Assembly (NCBI GenBank): GCA_013239625.1 | Contig: MU056573.1 | Location: forward strand, 6,418,552-6,482,551 | DNA length: 64,000 bases | Direction: 5' to 3' | DNA from: Lama guanicoe | Taxonomy: Eukaryota | Shown here: positions 38,125 through 50,470 of the stretch, in pieces | Numbering within the stretch: position 1 is the first letter of the stretch | Layout of the letters: each line of letters begins with the position of its first letter | The notes under the pieces: model-generated | What the model was told of the DNA's origin: nothing | The model's input: the letters and a program-made list of their open reading frames with translations, nothing else | Database searches by the model: none | Translations under genes and position numbers: made by a program

Positions 38125-38684
38125 TGTAGGGGAGCAAAACTTGCCACCCCTGAATGTCTCTTGGCATGAGGATTATCTCCAGGCGAAAAGGCCCAAAAAA
38201 CTCAGGAAGAAAGTGTGATCTTTCCTTAATTGCCTAAAAGAATGTAAACAGAGGACCTCTTCCAGGAAGGGCGCCATCCCCGTAGATAACCACAGTGTGA
38301 ACGAGGTATGGTAGACAGGGAGGGACCAGCAAAGTCTGTTTGTTAAAATTCCACTCTGTGTGTCATTGTCTCTGCGTGGCCTGGGAAACATTTATTTACC
38401 AAACATTTGCTTTTCCACTTCGCTGTTAATTGCCTTCCTTCCTTTTAAAATTCCCAAACCCCTACCCCACAATATCCTCTTTCATCTATAGATAAAAAAC
38501 GGTACTTAAGGCGAGGGCTTCAGCCATTTTGTTGAGTTACTCAGTTTTCCTGGGTCTCTCCCAGGCCCACATGTTTACTCAACTTTTGTTTGACTTTCTC
38601 CTGTTAATCTGTCTCTTGTCAATTTAATTCTCAGACCAGCCAGAAGAACCTAGAAAGGAAGAGGCAAATTTCTTCCTCCCTAAG
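38125..38684 (+). mobile_element. ERV1 solo LTR, MER34-like
   Basis: Starts tgtaggggagcaaaacttgccacccc...tggcatgaggattat; ends ctcctgttaatctgtct...agaccagccagaagaacctagaa; homologous to 36383-36858 in the opposite orientation. Confidence 0.78.
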
Positions 38685-41600
38685 AATGTCCTGCTCTTAG
38701 CTCACAATGATGCCTCCCCAAATGTCCCCTGGTGCTTCATTTGTACCTTCAGGGTTATTTTCTCACGTTACAATTCACATGGCACGTTCCATCCCCACCC
38801 CTAATCTGTGGCCCATTGGTGGTGGGATCCAGTTCTGACCCCTTTCTGTATACCCTCTGCGGGACGCACCACCGTGTGTCGTGAAGAGTAGGAACGCCGT
38901 AACTGTTGAGGAACTGTCAACAGAATGAGCCATTGATGTGAAATTGATCTGAGGCTCCAAAAAGCATATGAATGATTTATCTGCTTTCCCTTCCTCTGTT
39001 GTCTTGGTTCTACATACTCCTCGCTGTTCCTCACACACGGCACGTGCTCGCGTTGCCGGGCCGTTTGCATACATTCTGCTCAGCTGATCACTCTTCTCCT
39101 CTTTAGGTGGCAAACTCCTTCTTATGTTCTAGGACTCTAGTCCGACGTCACCATCCTCCCCTTCCCTCCTGGGAGGTCGTCACTGTCTGCACCACTGCTG
39201 CTTTCCGAGGCCTGCCCCACCCGAGTGCTGCTCTTACTGCACAGCGACCCCCATCCTCCTGTCTGTCTCCTCGACTCGCCTGTGAGAAATGTAAGCAAAG
39301 ACGGAATCCCATTCATCCGTGTAACTTTGGGGTCGGCAGGATATGTGGTAGGAAATAGATATTCAATAGGTATTGATTAGATTAAAACATATATCTTTTT
39401 AATACTTTGTTTTACCTGTCTTCCTGGGTTCCAAAGATGGCCTTTGTGAAAAGAGACATAGAACTAAGAGACCCGAAATACTGGAACTTTCTACTTTCTT
39501 AATAGCACAGCTCCTCATAGCACTGGATTTCCCCCAATGACTTCTTAAAAATTATACAAATTATATAAATTCCTTGGTCCCAGGAGTTAATTTTGAACAT
39601 ATAGCTTTTATTTAGAGCTGGTAGTTCAGGGAAGCAAGCACCGGGGTGCCTAAGCTTTGGAAAGGCAAGGGCTACGTTTATCACTTTTTCTCAAGACCTG
39701 GAACAAAGAAGAGGCTCAATACGTTTTGAACGAGTGAATCACGTCTGGAAGCTGCCTTATTGCTGGCAGGGCACGAGAGTACCAGTCAGAAAGCTGGGAT
39801 GAGTGCCAGAAGAAAAATGACACTGGTTGCCCACGATGGGTCCAATGGTCCCTAACTTAAGGAAGAACCGTAAGAAGTTCTAAGCCTGGGTTGTAAAGAT
39901 GGCGGTATTAACAGGGAGGATAGTGTGGCCACAACCATTAATACTTTCCAGCCCTGCAGAGCGCAGTGGGAAAAGAACGGGACTCTGAATAAGACGACAG
40001 GAATTCTAATCCTGGTTCTGGCACCTTCCAACCAGATAGCCCTGGGCAACCCACTGAACCTCTCAGTTTCCTCCTCACCTGGAGAGAACAGGCAGCAACT
40101 AACATTTACTGCTAATTTACAACGTGCCAGCTCCCGTGTGAGAGGTTTTACATCTATTTCCTCCTTTACTCTGAGGAAATTTGGCTAGGTTCTTTCCAGC
40201 TCTGAATGCTCAAGATTTGATTATTCTCAGCTAATTTAAACCCCATGCCAAAGGACACAAAGCAATGAAAGACACTTCGATATACACTGGGGGGAAAAAG
40301 TGGTTATTCGTTCTTTCTCAAAGATTTCATACATGTTGATTAATTTATGCCTAGGAAGAATGCTGATACAGAGATGTGACATGCTCTCCTGGTCGCCATG
40401 GTGATGTCTGTGATGTTAGTGACGGAGCTGGAGGATGGAGGACACGTCTTTGCTCCCAGCTCTGTTCCCTGGTCATTGGACTGCTGACTGGTAGGCAGTC
40501 TCAGGCACATGCGATTTCTCCATCAGTCTGTTTAAAGCCAGTAAATGCTTGAGGGGTGCTTATCTGAATTAACAACTCTAAATGAAAGCCATACTTTCAA
40601 AATTCCTGGGACAAAGGAAACACAGGTTTTAATTTGAAGCCAAGAAATACAGGCCCAGTCAAGCATTCCTCAGGAAAGCATCTCATGGAAATGCACGGAA
40701 ATCACCTCCACAGGAAGTTTAAGATTTTCACCCTTTGGGTGGTGAAGCTCAGACAGACAATGGACTGCTTTCACGCAGAGCAAAGAGCCAAAAGATGGGT
40801 TCTATGTGGGAGTTCCTTTTCATATTAAAAAAACACCCTCTTCAGGTGTCCAGTGAAAACCATTCCAAGGACATAATGACTGCTTTACTGTCACATTCAA
40901 GGCAAGGAGTAGCACTGTGGAACCCCAGTCAAACCTCCCAGAAAGCGGCTTTTGTGTTCCATGGGTCTTACGGTTTCCACTGTTAAGAATAGTGACTGTC
41001 AGGTTTGGGGTGGGAGGGGAAGTTCTCTTAGTGCATTGGGTCCATTCTCATCTTCAGTTACCTTTATTTATTTGAGGGTCATGACTGCCTAGGAATAGGA
41101 GGGAGTGCCGTAAGTGGACTTTCAGTGTTCCCACCTGCCCCTGTCAGGCTGCTCCATTTGTGGCTGAAACCCATCATTCAGTTCTCAGGCTGAGTTAGAC
41201 AGAGGCAGTCTCAACTCCCTTTGGTGAAACCCCAGTGGGGTACGTGCCCTGCCTTGAACTCTGTTGGTTGGTGTTAGTTTCAAGAAAGTATTGAAATCAC
41301 TAGGAGGATCAGCTCTGTACAAATATGGGTCTGGATTTGGGAATGATCATTAGAGGCAGCCGTCCTACTGCTGGAGAGCTATTACGTTTGGTAAGTGAGG
41401 TTTGGACCAGAGGTGACATGAACCGCCATGATTTGGAGGGCGGTCCTCAGCCAGAGAGTGAGAATTGGCTCTGGGTGAACTCTGTGTATGTCAGCAATGA
41501 ACGTTTATGTGGCTCAAAACTCCTAAGGCTATGGAAAAATCTGATTCTCCAGAAAGTAGCTTTAGCTGACAGCCTATTTATCAGCAGGGATAGGCTGAAT

Positions 41601-41979
41601 TCCCCTGATACTCTAACAGAGGAAGAACCTCCAAGCCATGTTAATAAACCAGTAACTGAAAACATCCTGCCACGTCACCACCCGCCCCCTTCTCCCTGGA
41701 ACTGTGCAGTGTAGTGGCCTTGAGTCTGCCATGCCAAAGAAGCCTTTGAAATATCTCCTTATTAATCCCTTGCTCCCCGGTTACCACCTCCATCATCTTA
41801 GTCCAGGGTTTTACTCTTCATATCTTAATTTCTGAAACACTCCTCTAGCTCATGTCTCTGCTTCAGGCCCTCTGATCTTCAGTAATCCCATAAGGTCTTC
41901 CTAAATGACTCTGTTCCAAAGCCTTCAGAGATTTTGCCCCATAACCCAGAAGACTTAAGAGGTGTCGTCAGTGGAAAGA

Positions 41980-42850
41980 TGTGAGATAACAGAAAATACA
42001 TATGGTGGTGTCTGCCCCGGCTTGCTGACACAGGGCTCCTAAAACCCCTGTAATTTCTTAAGTAAAAAGAGCACTAGGAGCATCTTTGGTTCTAATGAGA
42101 TGACTCTGGGTGGGGTCCTGGATGGCTCCTGGGTGGGGGCTGGTCACCAGAAACACTAAGCCGTGATTAGCAGCTTAGAATTCGCAGCTCTCTCCCACAT
42201 CCTCCAGTGAGGAGAGAGGGTATAGGGATGGAATTAATAATTGATTATGCCTGTGTGAAGAAGCCTCCATAAAATCCTGACAGTATGGGGCTCAGAGAGC
42301 TCCCAGGCTGGCGAACAGAACCACACCGGGAGGGTGACGCACCGCAACCCTGTGGGGCAGAAAGCTCCTGCCCTCGGCGCCCTCCCAGACTCTGCCCTGT
42401 GTGTCTCTTCATCTGGCTGTGACCTGTATCCTTTATCACATCCTTTAGTAAACTGGTAGACATCAGTTAGTGTTTCCCTGGGCCCTGTGAGCTGCTTGAG
42501 CAAATGTATCAGGCCTGAGGAGGCAGTCATTAGACGCTTTAGCTGGTGGACCAGGAATACGGATAATAACTTGCGCTTGCAGCTGGTGTCTGAAGTGGGG
42601 CAGGGGAGGCGGGCAGGCTTGTGGGACTGAGCCCTTGACCTGTGGGATCTGATGCTACCTCCGGGTAGATGGTGTCAGGACCGAGTGAAATTGCAGGATA
42701 CCCAGCTGATGTCAGACATTTGCTTGTTGCTACGGGGAAAAACGTCCCCATATTTGGTGACCAGAAGTGTCAGCAGTGGAGTGCTCTGTGTAGGTAGTAA
42801 GAGAGACACACGGGGAAGACAAACATGGGAGGGAAGAGCTGGGTTTGAGC
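41980..42850 (+). mobile_element. MER21-like solo LTR
   Basis: gctcctaaaacccctg...gggggctggtcaccagaaacactaagccgtgattag...ctgagcccttgacctgtgggatctgatgctacctcc...ttggtgaccagaagtgtc. Confidence 0.82.
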
Positions 42851-43089
42851 CCTGCAAAACAGAGCCAGGATACCAGGTTTCAAGCCTGGCCCTGCTCATC
42901 CCCAGAAGTGAGACGTTCTTGCACTTGGCGTCTAAGCTCTCTGAGCTTTGCTGCTTGTCCTCAGAGTGGGGACAACATGCCTGTCATATATATCACTTAC
43001 GGTGATGATGACTGAGATAACAGACTTGAAAACTCCCAAGTGTGACCCCATTTATGGATTCAGCAAGAGAAATGTAATGATCACTTCTA

Positions 43090-43240
43090 CTAGCTCACAT
43101 TTACTGAGCACCTACTGCGTGCCAGGTGCTGCTCTAAATGCTTCACAAATATCAACTCACTTCATCCTCAGAACAACCCTAGTTTACAAATCGGGAAACC
43201 AAGCTCTGGAGAGGTTAACTCACTTGCTCAAGTCACATAA
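43090..43240 (-). mobile_element. MIR SINE
   Basis: catttactgagcacctactgcgtgccagg...tcctcagaacaaccct...gagaggttaactcacttgctcaag. Confidence 0.8.
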
Positions 43241-45342
43241 TTTTCGATTGGTAGAATTTAGTTGTGAGGCAAGTAAATAAGGCCCAGAAGTCATATTCTG
43301 TAAAGAAAAAAAGGTGGGGAAAGAGAAAGGATCACGTCTGAAAAAAATAATTTTCTAGACAACTTGTGGTCTTTCTTCAACAATTATTAATTCAGAGATT
43401 TATATGTGTGATGAATGCTTGGGGTGCACACACACTGTGTCAGGCATTCTGCTAATCCTGACAAAGTCAAGTAGAAGTGAATGCAATTTTCAAGGGGCCT
43501 TAACGGGTGTCACGCAGTCTGGTGGTGACAGAGACCCAGAAATGATTTGCAGACTGCCCTGGGGCCATGGGGGGGGGCGTTCAGCCAGGCTCGGCGGGCT
43601 CAGGGGAAGCATCCTGGTGAAGGTGACGCAAGAGGTGCGTTATAAAAGACAAATAGGATTCAGCTGGGCAATCACTGGCAGCTGGAGAGAGACACTTTAG
43701 GGAGCGAGAACACTGAGTCCATAATTAGGATAGAGACTCGAACACGCAGGGAGCAATCAGGCCACAACTGTTAGACTGTGATCCCGTGTGGCCAGGGACC
43801 TGGCCTGACCGTACACCGCTGGAGGCCCTGGCGCTTCCTGTTAGAATGTAAGCCCTGAAAGGGCAGAGAACTTGTCTGGTTCGGTCACTGTTCTATCATC
43901 AGTTCCTGGTATAAGGCAGTGCTCAATACATATTTGGTACGTACGCACGTACACGCGTGAATGAATCGTGCACTCAGTAAATACTCGTTGAGTGAATTAT
44001 TTAATAAATGAATAAAACAGGGAGCACCACTGCAAAAGAGGCTGGGCAAGCCTGGAGCTTTCCTGTGGACTGCATCCAACATAAGCCCAATCAGCTATCT
44101 AACTCGAGTTGGAACAGGAGGTGCCTTGGGGGCCAAGCACCCGCATTTGAACTTGATCTTAATGATAAGAGTGAACCACTGAAGTGCCTCAAGCTGGAGA
44201 GGGACATGGTCAAACAGCAGGTGAGAAAGAGCACTCTGGGGGCAGTCTGGAGAACAGTTTGGAGGAGGAGAGACCAACGGTGGGAAAAACTCGGCGGGGG
44301 CAGGCAGGGCCCTCTCCCAGGAAGCTCAGGCAAAAGTTACAGAACAGTGAAACGGAAAGTACGCTTTCAAAGCAGGCTTTGCTCTCACTTGTAACAACTC
44401 CACTCAATAAAAGATTTGGATGAAAGCAAGATAGAGGGTTGATAGGTAATTTCACAGAGACTGGAGACGCGAGGGGTGCTATAGCGAGCACTAGCTTAGA
44501 GAAGTCAGGAGATTTAGGATCTGGCCCTGGGGCGTTTTTAACCTGTGGTGTGGTTGTTAGCAACTTGCTGGATTTCTGAGGGCCTGCTTTCTCCTTCTGT
44601 GAAACAAAGAGGCTGCATCAGTGGTCTCAGAGTTCTCCTCTGGCCCTACCATTCCAGGATCTTTGATTCTGTGACCTTCTGATCCCCAGGATGATATTTT
44701 AAACTGCTGGAGAGCGATCTGACCAGCACTGAGACTCACGGGCTGAAATCATTTCAGAGGACAGAGTTACTGCAGGATTATCAAGTGCACATCTTGCATT
44801 TTACAGATGAGGCCAAGGTTCAGCCACGTTAGTTGAAACGGCCAAGTTTATGTAGCTAGTTGGGGACAGGAGAGAAGATAACCCCGCTCTTACTCCTCAA
44901 ATTGCAAGAACCTGTTTACATATCACCCAAAAATAGGCACATTGGACCTAAACTTTTGGTACTTGTCATCTTAAACTTGAAATCTCTGAATATCTCATTA
45001 ATAGCTTATTCCAATAAAAATTTAACAGCATTTATGGCCCTTACTGATGGGTATTCATACATTCAAGTAGTAAATACAAACAAAACACCTCATTCTTTCA
45101 TTTGTCGAAATCCTGTTTACTAAGGGTCAAAGGTACAAAGATTAACAAGATCTGGACTAATTTCTATCATCTTACCAGTTCTAAAATACTATAGTGTTCC
45201 ATCCTACTTTCAAATTTTATACTGTCTCCTAACCTAGCTAGGGGGCAAATCTCCATGCAATAGTTTTTTTTTTTTCTCAGTGCAGTTTAGTGTGTTGCCA
45301 TCATGGAAGGGATTCATAACTGCACAGAAGATGCACACTTAC

Positions 45343-45413
45343 TTGTTGGATGTTCCATGAAGGTTTGTCAGTACGGTGAAGTTGTTTCTCACACTTCGCA
45401 AGCTGGCGAGGAC
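45343..45413 (-). CDS. PDE4B: PDE4B 71-nt exon: VLASLRSVRNNFTVLTNLHGTSN(K)
   Basis: Manual translation. Acceptor ttccttctag|GTCCTC, donor AACAA|gtaagt. A 121-nt intron separates it from the 37-nt exon. Confidence 0.97.
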
Positions 45414-45534
45414 CTAGAAGGAAAATGTTTCTGTGGTTAGGGACAAAAGGAGACGAGCGGGCAGGGTCGGCGCCACACTTAGAAACTGCACCCAGGGGCA
45501 GAGTGAGAGGGAGCCAGGCCAGCATGGCACATAC

Positions 45535-45571
45535 CTGGGCGAAGGGCGTTACAATCAAGTCATCGCCGTGT
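45535..45571 (-). CDS. PDE4B: PDE4B 37-nt exon: (Q)HGDDLIVTPFAQ
   Basis: Peptide seen in ORF 45301..45609(-). Acceptor ctcttttcaccag|ACACGGC, donor GCCCAG|gtatgt. Phase matches the upstream exon (CA|A = Gln). Confidence 0.98.
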
Positions 45572-46754
45572 CTGGTGAAAAGAGAGAAAAGAAACACTTT
45601 CAACTGCATTTGAATGATAACTGTGACATATAAACTGTAATAGTAAACTTTATCAGGGTGAGCAACACAAATGTTAAATAAGTTTTTCTACCTGGATCTA
45701 AAGCAGGACTGACTTAGTCGCAGATGGGGATCTTAGGAACTTGAAAGAAAAAAAAAAACCAAAAAACTACCAGGTTCATGGCTCCTGGGTGTACAGTGGC
45801 TACACATAAAAGCAGTTGCAAGTAGGCATATATCTTCAGGGTATGTTCCCATTAAACGGCAGACCTAAAGGACTGTAATTCAAAGCGACTTGTGGATTTT
45901 GGTTGCCAGTGCCAGGAAATTCAAAGGGAGGGCTGCTCACAGGCACACACAGAGTAGGAAAAAATGGCCTAACAGCTGGATAAAGGTTACCCTTGGATTT
46001 CCTGGCTTTTGTTGATTTGAACCACAGCCTCGATGCCATTTAAACGCATATTTCTGTCTGGGAATCCCATTACCTTTTGTTTTTAATGTAACTTTTTTCT
46101 TAAAGTACCCAAGGAAAAGCTTTTAAGGGAGGACAGGGACTAAACCTATCGCTGTATCACTGTCTCTCTGTCCCAGAGATCTGATCAAGCTGAATCCAGC
46201 GTTTCATAAATCTGCACTTAAGAAGAGGCAAAAGTATATTTTCCAAAATGCATCCTCTCTCTGGCATACGCTTTGATAAATCTTCTTAAGCCCACAGGCA
46301 GCAAGCTCTCTATCAGGGTCTTTAGTAGACAAGCTGGGCTGAGCTGAAGACCCCAGATCAGGCCAGTTTGCTACCACAGCGTGAATCCTAACAGCCGCGC
46401 AGAAGGTGGCTGACCGTGAGTTTCCGTCACTGTCTGATCATCTTCTCTGTCTTCACGATCGCCACACAAATGGGGCACCTTGTTCGCCAGCTGTGTGAGT
46501 GCAACCAGTGGTCAGCAGGCCCCTGCCCAGGACCAGGCGTCACGTGAGGCCTGGGGTCCGGAGCCGAACACCACCCCTGTCCCTGTGGGACCCTTCTCTA
46601 GCACAGGCTTCACTTTGGGGTCTTGCTTCAGAGAAGAGTTTCCTCTCCAACTGTATCTTTAGCTAGAAGTCCCCCTTCAATTTAATCTCGTAAACTTCTT
46701 GCGCGCCCGCTTTGTGCAGTGACTCAGTGGCTGGAGAGAGACCACTGACAAGTG

Positions 46755-46960
46755 TGAGCGTTCTTTGAGTGATGACCACGTGTCAGGCCCTGGGTGAAAT
46801 CGCGTTTAATTCTTGTAACAAGACTTGAGGCAACCACTCCTATTCCCATTTCATGGACGACACCAAGGCTCAGAGCAGGCAAGCGAATGCTTGACCAGCA
46901 CGTCGCTAAAAAGTGGAAGAACTGAGACTGATTCCAAAAATCTGTGCTTTTAACCATTAT
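46755..46960 (-). mobile_element. MIR SINE (unusually CpG-rich)
   Basis: tattcccatttcatggacgacaccaaggctcagag...tgtgcttttaaccatta. Confidence 0.7.
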
Positions 46961-47299
46961 GTTTCTTATTTTATGTTGACCTCACATGATTGATTGACTT
47001 ATACAGAATTCATGACCCCCCCAAATTAAAACATAATAGGGGAGACAGAAAAAAACTCAAAACAATAGATGTTACAGAATGAGAAAGATTAACAATGCAT
47101 ACTTAACGGGGCGCAGAGGAGAAGTGATGATTACAGAGCAGACAAAGTAGAAAAGGCTTGATTGAATGGGCGGTGTTCGAGATGAACTCTGAAAGGCGGG
47201 CGTTAGAAGGCCTGGGTGGTAGATGCTCCTAATGAGAGAAATGCACTGAAATGGGAAAGGACTGGACACTGAGATGCTTGGCTGCTGTGTGTGTGGAGC

Positions 47300-48010
47300 T
47301 GAGCACGTTATAGGCATTTGTAGAGGATAAGACTAGATGGTTCTCCACACCTGTATTATGGGCAGGGTGGACAACGGTTGTGGAGTTGGGGCTTAACTCA
47401 GTGGGAGAAATTAGCCAGTGAAGGTTTTTAGTGAGAAAGGCAAACAGAAAAGTCTCTGGAAAGTAAAATGCTGTGGACACCGAGAGACGGTGGGACAGAG
47501 GACAGAGTCAGGAAGCACAGGCGGGGGGACCTCCAGATGAGAAGAAACTGGTGAGGCAGAGAAGGAGCAGGAAAAGACAGTTGGGAGAAACCCTGGCTGT
47601 CTTGCCAAAAACTCGGCCTTTAATTAGGTAAGGGGTCATAAAGAAATATATTTCCAGTTTTAAAAATGGGGTATTTGGGAAAATAGCGAAGTCATGAGTA
47701 GAAATAAGAAAGTGAGGAGAAATGGGAGGAGATGTGTCACTTTCCCACGTGTTGAGTTTTAAGATCCCCGTTGATACCCCGGTGGAAACACCAAGTGGGA
47801 AGACACTGAAATATGGGAATTAGAGCTACAGATTTTGGAGTTACCTACGATAGTGGGGACTGTTAAAGCAATGGCGGGGAGTGGTTTCTTAAGGTGGGGG
47901 TATAGAGAAAGTCAAAGGAAGAACCTGAGCGTTCTTGGAGAGGAGCCACAACCAGAGACAGAATGAAGGGTGGAGAGGGGAGCAGTTGGGATAAACGCAG
48001 GGTGGTCAGC
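47300..48010 (-). mobile_element. L2 remnant
   Basis: catgttgagttt-like core (cacgtgttgagttttaag), agattttggagtt, purine-rich body. Confidence 0.6.
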
Positions 48011-48770
48011 TGTTAAAAGAGCTGCCCCTTCTCAAGCTAGCTCTCTGAGATGAACTTTGATGGGGGAATGTCTTGCTACTTGTTCAGATTTCTGCTCTGA
48101 AGTTCACACTGTTCTTAAGACTTCAGAGTGAGTTGGGGATAAGGTCAGAGTTAAATAGATCATCTGTGGCACTTGCATTTCTGGAGTCTAAATACCCAAC
48201 AGAAGTTGAATAATGCAAGCAAACCTCATACATGCATAGCACCTAAAGCTGACGTACTGTTGCATGAAGGGGAGTCACTAAAACTGTACAAACTAATGAT
48301 TAAGGGAGGCTAAAAAAGCCCCCAAAACATGAAGAGAGGGTACCACGTCAAAGTGACTTGATCATTATGAAACTTGAAATTTAGGAGAGCAGAACATTCA
48401 GAGGCAAGAAATGAACTTGCAGATCCCCAGCACTGGGTCCCTTAAAGAATCTGAGCTGCAAAAGCTAATGTGTGTCACACAGTAGCTGCTAGAGAAATGA
48501 TCAGATAATTTATAGATAGTTTATAGCAAGTACAGAAAAGAAAAGGAAAAAAAAAACACCCTCCTATTTGAGTACAGCTGTATTAATTATAAAACTACTC
48601 TAAATTAAAAAAATCATAATTTGATATTTTAATAATTAAGAATAAAATGGCACAAAGGTAACAAAACGTCTGATTGGTTATGAAAACTGACGTAATTCTT
48701 AAGTTTCCCAAACCACTAGCAAGGACAATGTGTCTTAGGGACAAGGCCAGATATTCAGAACCATGGAACG

Positions 48771-48787
48771 GGCACCATCTAGTGGCA
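48771..48787 (-). promoter_or_regulatory. Putative CTCF binding site
   Basis: Minus strand TGCCACTAGATGGTGCC closely matches the CTCF core (GCCAC[C/T]AG[A/G][G/T]GGC), in non-repeat sequence. Confidence 0.65.
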
Positions 48788-49024
48788 AAACCAGCACACT
48801 ACAGTTTTATAGAATAACTGGAGATAAGCATTCTGTGGATCTCAGAACTGAGCATAGGTCTCCTCTAAATATTTTGGAAAGCAAAAATGCTACTTCCTCC
48901 TGCTACACTCTGGATTTTTTTTTTTAAATTTCACCCTTCTCTGTTTCATACCCACATGTAGAATCTTACTTGGACTTTTCTCATAACACTGATTTTGGTC
49001 TGTCTTAGAGAGAGACGTATACTA

Positions 49025-49220
49025 CCGCAGTTAAGAGCACAGCGTTTAGAGCCAGACAGCACTGGTTTGTTCCTCAGTCGCATTATTACTCACTATGAGG
49101 CGTTAGGCAACCTCCCCATGCCTCAGTTTCTTCATCTGTAAAATGGGGTGTTGTGAGAATGTGTGAGAAAGTGTGTACACCTCTGACAACAGTGCTCGGC
49201 ACATAAAAGCATTTTAGTTA
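49025..49220 (+). mobile_element. MIR SINE
   Basis: gttaagagcac...tgcctcagtttcttcatctgtaaaatgggg. Confidence 0.85.
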
Positions 49221-49454
49221 TGTAGCTGTGGGTATCGTATTAGCACTGGGTGTCATATTATCATAATTAAAGAATTGCATGCCTGTCTTCCCAGCTGGTG
49301 AGAACTTCTTTAGCGTAGCCATTTCTGTCCCATTATAATCAAGGAACTACTATTTATAATGTACTCTACATAGCATCTTCATGTACCTTATTTCATGGGA
49401 TAAGAGAATGTTCTTGACTCTAAGAAATGGTGCAAACACCTGTCCTGTTGGTCA

Positions 49455-50168
49455 AGTCCCAAACCTCCCTCTCCCTCACCCCACAGTCAACCACCCACCC
49501 TTACTGATCCTAACTTGCAAATGTTCATTAACTGCCCACTGGATCTGCTCTAACACAGATGCCGATTCTTCACTATGTGGATTACCAAGGCAGTCTCCCA
49601 TTTGACTCCTGGAGACTAGTCTTCAGGCTTGTCCACTCTCCAAACCATTCTTCAGACTGGAATCAGAGCCATCTTTCAAAAACGTTGGTCTGATTGTGTA
49701 TTTTCTTGCTTAAAAGCCTTTAGGAGCTCCCCACTGCTTGCCTGCAGCATAAAGGCCAGCTCCTCAGCACAGACTCTTCATGACATGAGCCCCACTTTTT
49801 TCTCTAGCCTCGTCATTCTCCACTTCCTCATCCCCTCACATCCTTGGCCTGAGCCATACTGAGCTGTGGTTCCCCACAGGCTCCTGACGACTGGAGAGTG
49901 AGTTAACACCGAGCCCTCCCTCCCGCACACCCTTCTGCCCGGCTAACTCCTCTAGCTTGGCTGTCACTCCTCAAAGAGGGCTGCCAGCCCCTCCTGGCCA
50001 GCTCTCTCATCGAAGTCCTCTGTGTACCTTTCTACCATTGCACTCATCCAAAAGTATGACCACTGCCTGTTGACTTATTAATCTTTCAGCTCCCTTAAAG
50101 ACATAGAAAATGTCTTGCTTGCCAAGTGCCTAAATGTAAGTAAATTTTTGTTAAAAGATAGAATGAAT
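49455..50168 (+). mobile_element. L2 remnant
   Basis: cagagccatctttcaaaaacg...ttcttgcttaaaagccttt; tail ending gatagaatgaat. Confidence 0.65.
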
Positions 50169-50269
50169 ATAATCTTCCTAACAGCTGGAAAGGTAAGCAG
50201 AGCAGAAATTAATATCATTATTTTTATTTTTCATCATTTAGAGTCTGTTCATGTATGGATATCCATATG

Positions 50270-50470
50270 GTTTAATCATCTAGACTCCCTGGATTTAAGC
50301 CTTGACTCCCCCATTTCCTGGGCAGGTTACTTAACCTCTCTGTGCTCCAATGTCCTCATCTTTAAGACAAGAAAATTATAGCACCAACTTTCTTAGGGTT
50401 ATGGAGATTAAATGAATTAAAATATGTACAGTGTGTTAAATAGCACATAGGAAATGCTTCACAAATGTGT
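50270..50470 (+). mobile_element. MIR SINE
   Basis: gggcaggttacttaacctctctgtgctccaatgtcctcatctttaa...ggagattaaatga. Confidence 0.85.

Noticed and set aside
37298-42850. Two same-orientation MER21-like LTRs as the ends of one provirus
   Set aside because: The copies are clearly diverged, the intervening DNA contains older MIR/L2 pieces, and no gag/pol remnant is visible; independent solo LTRs are more likely
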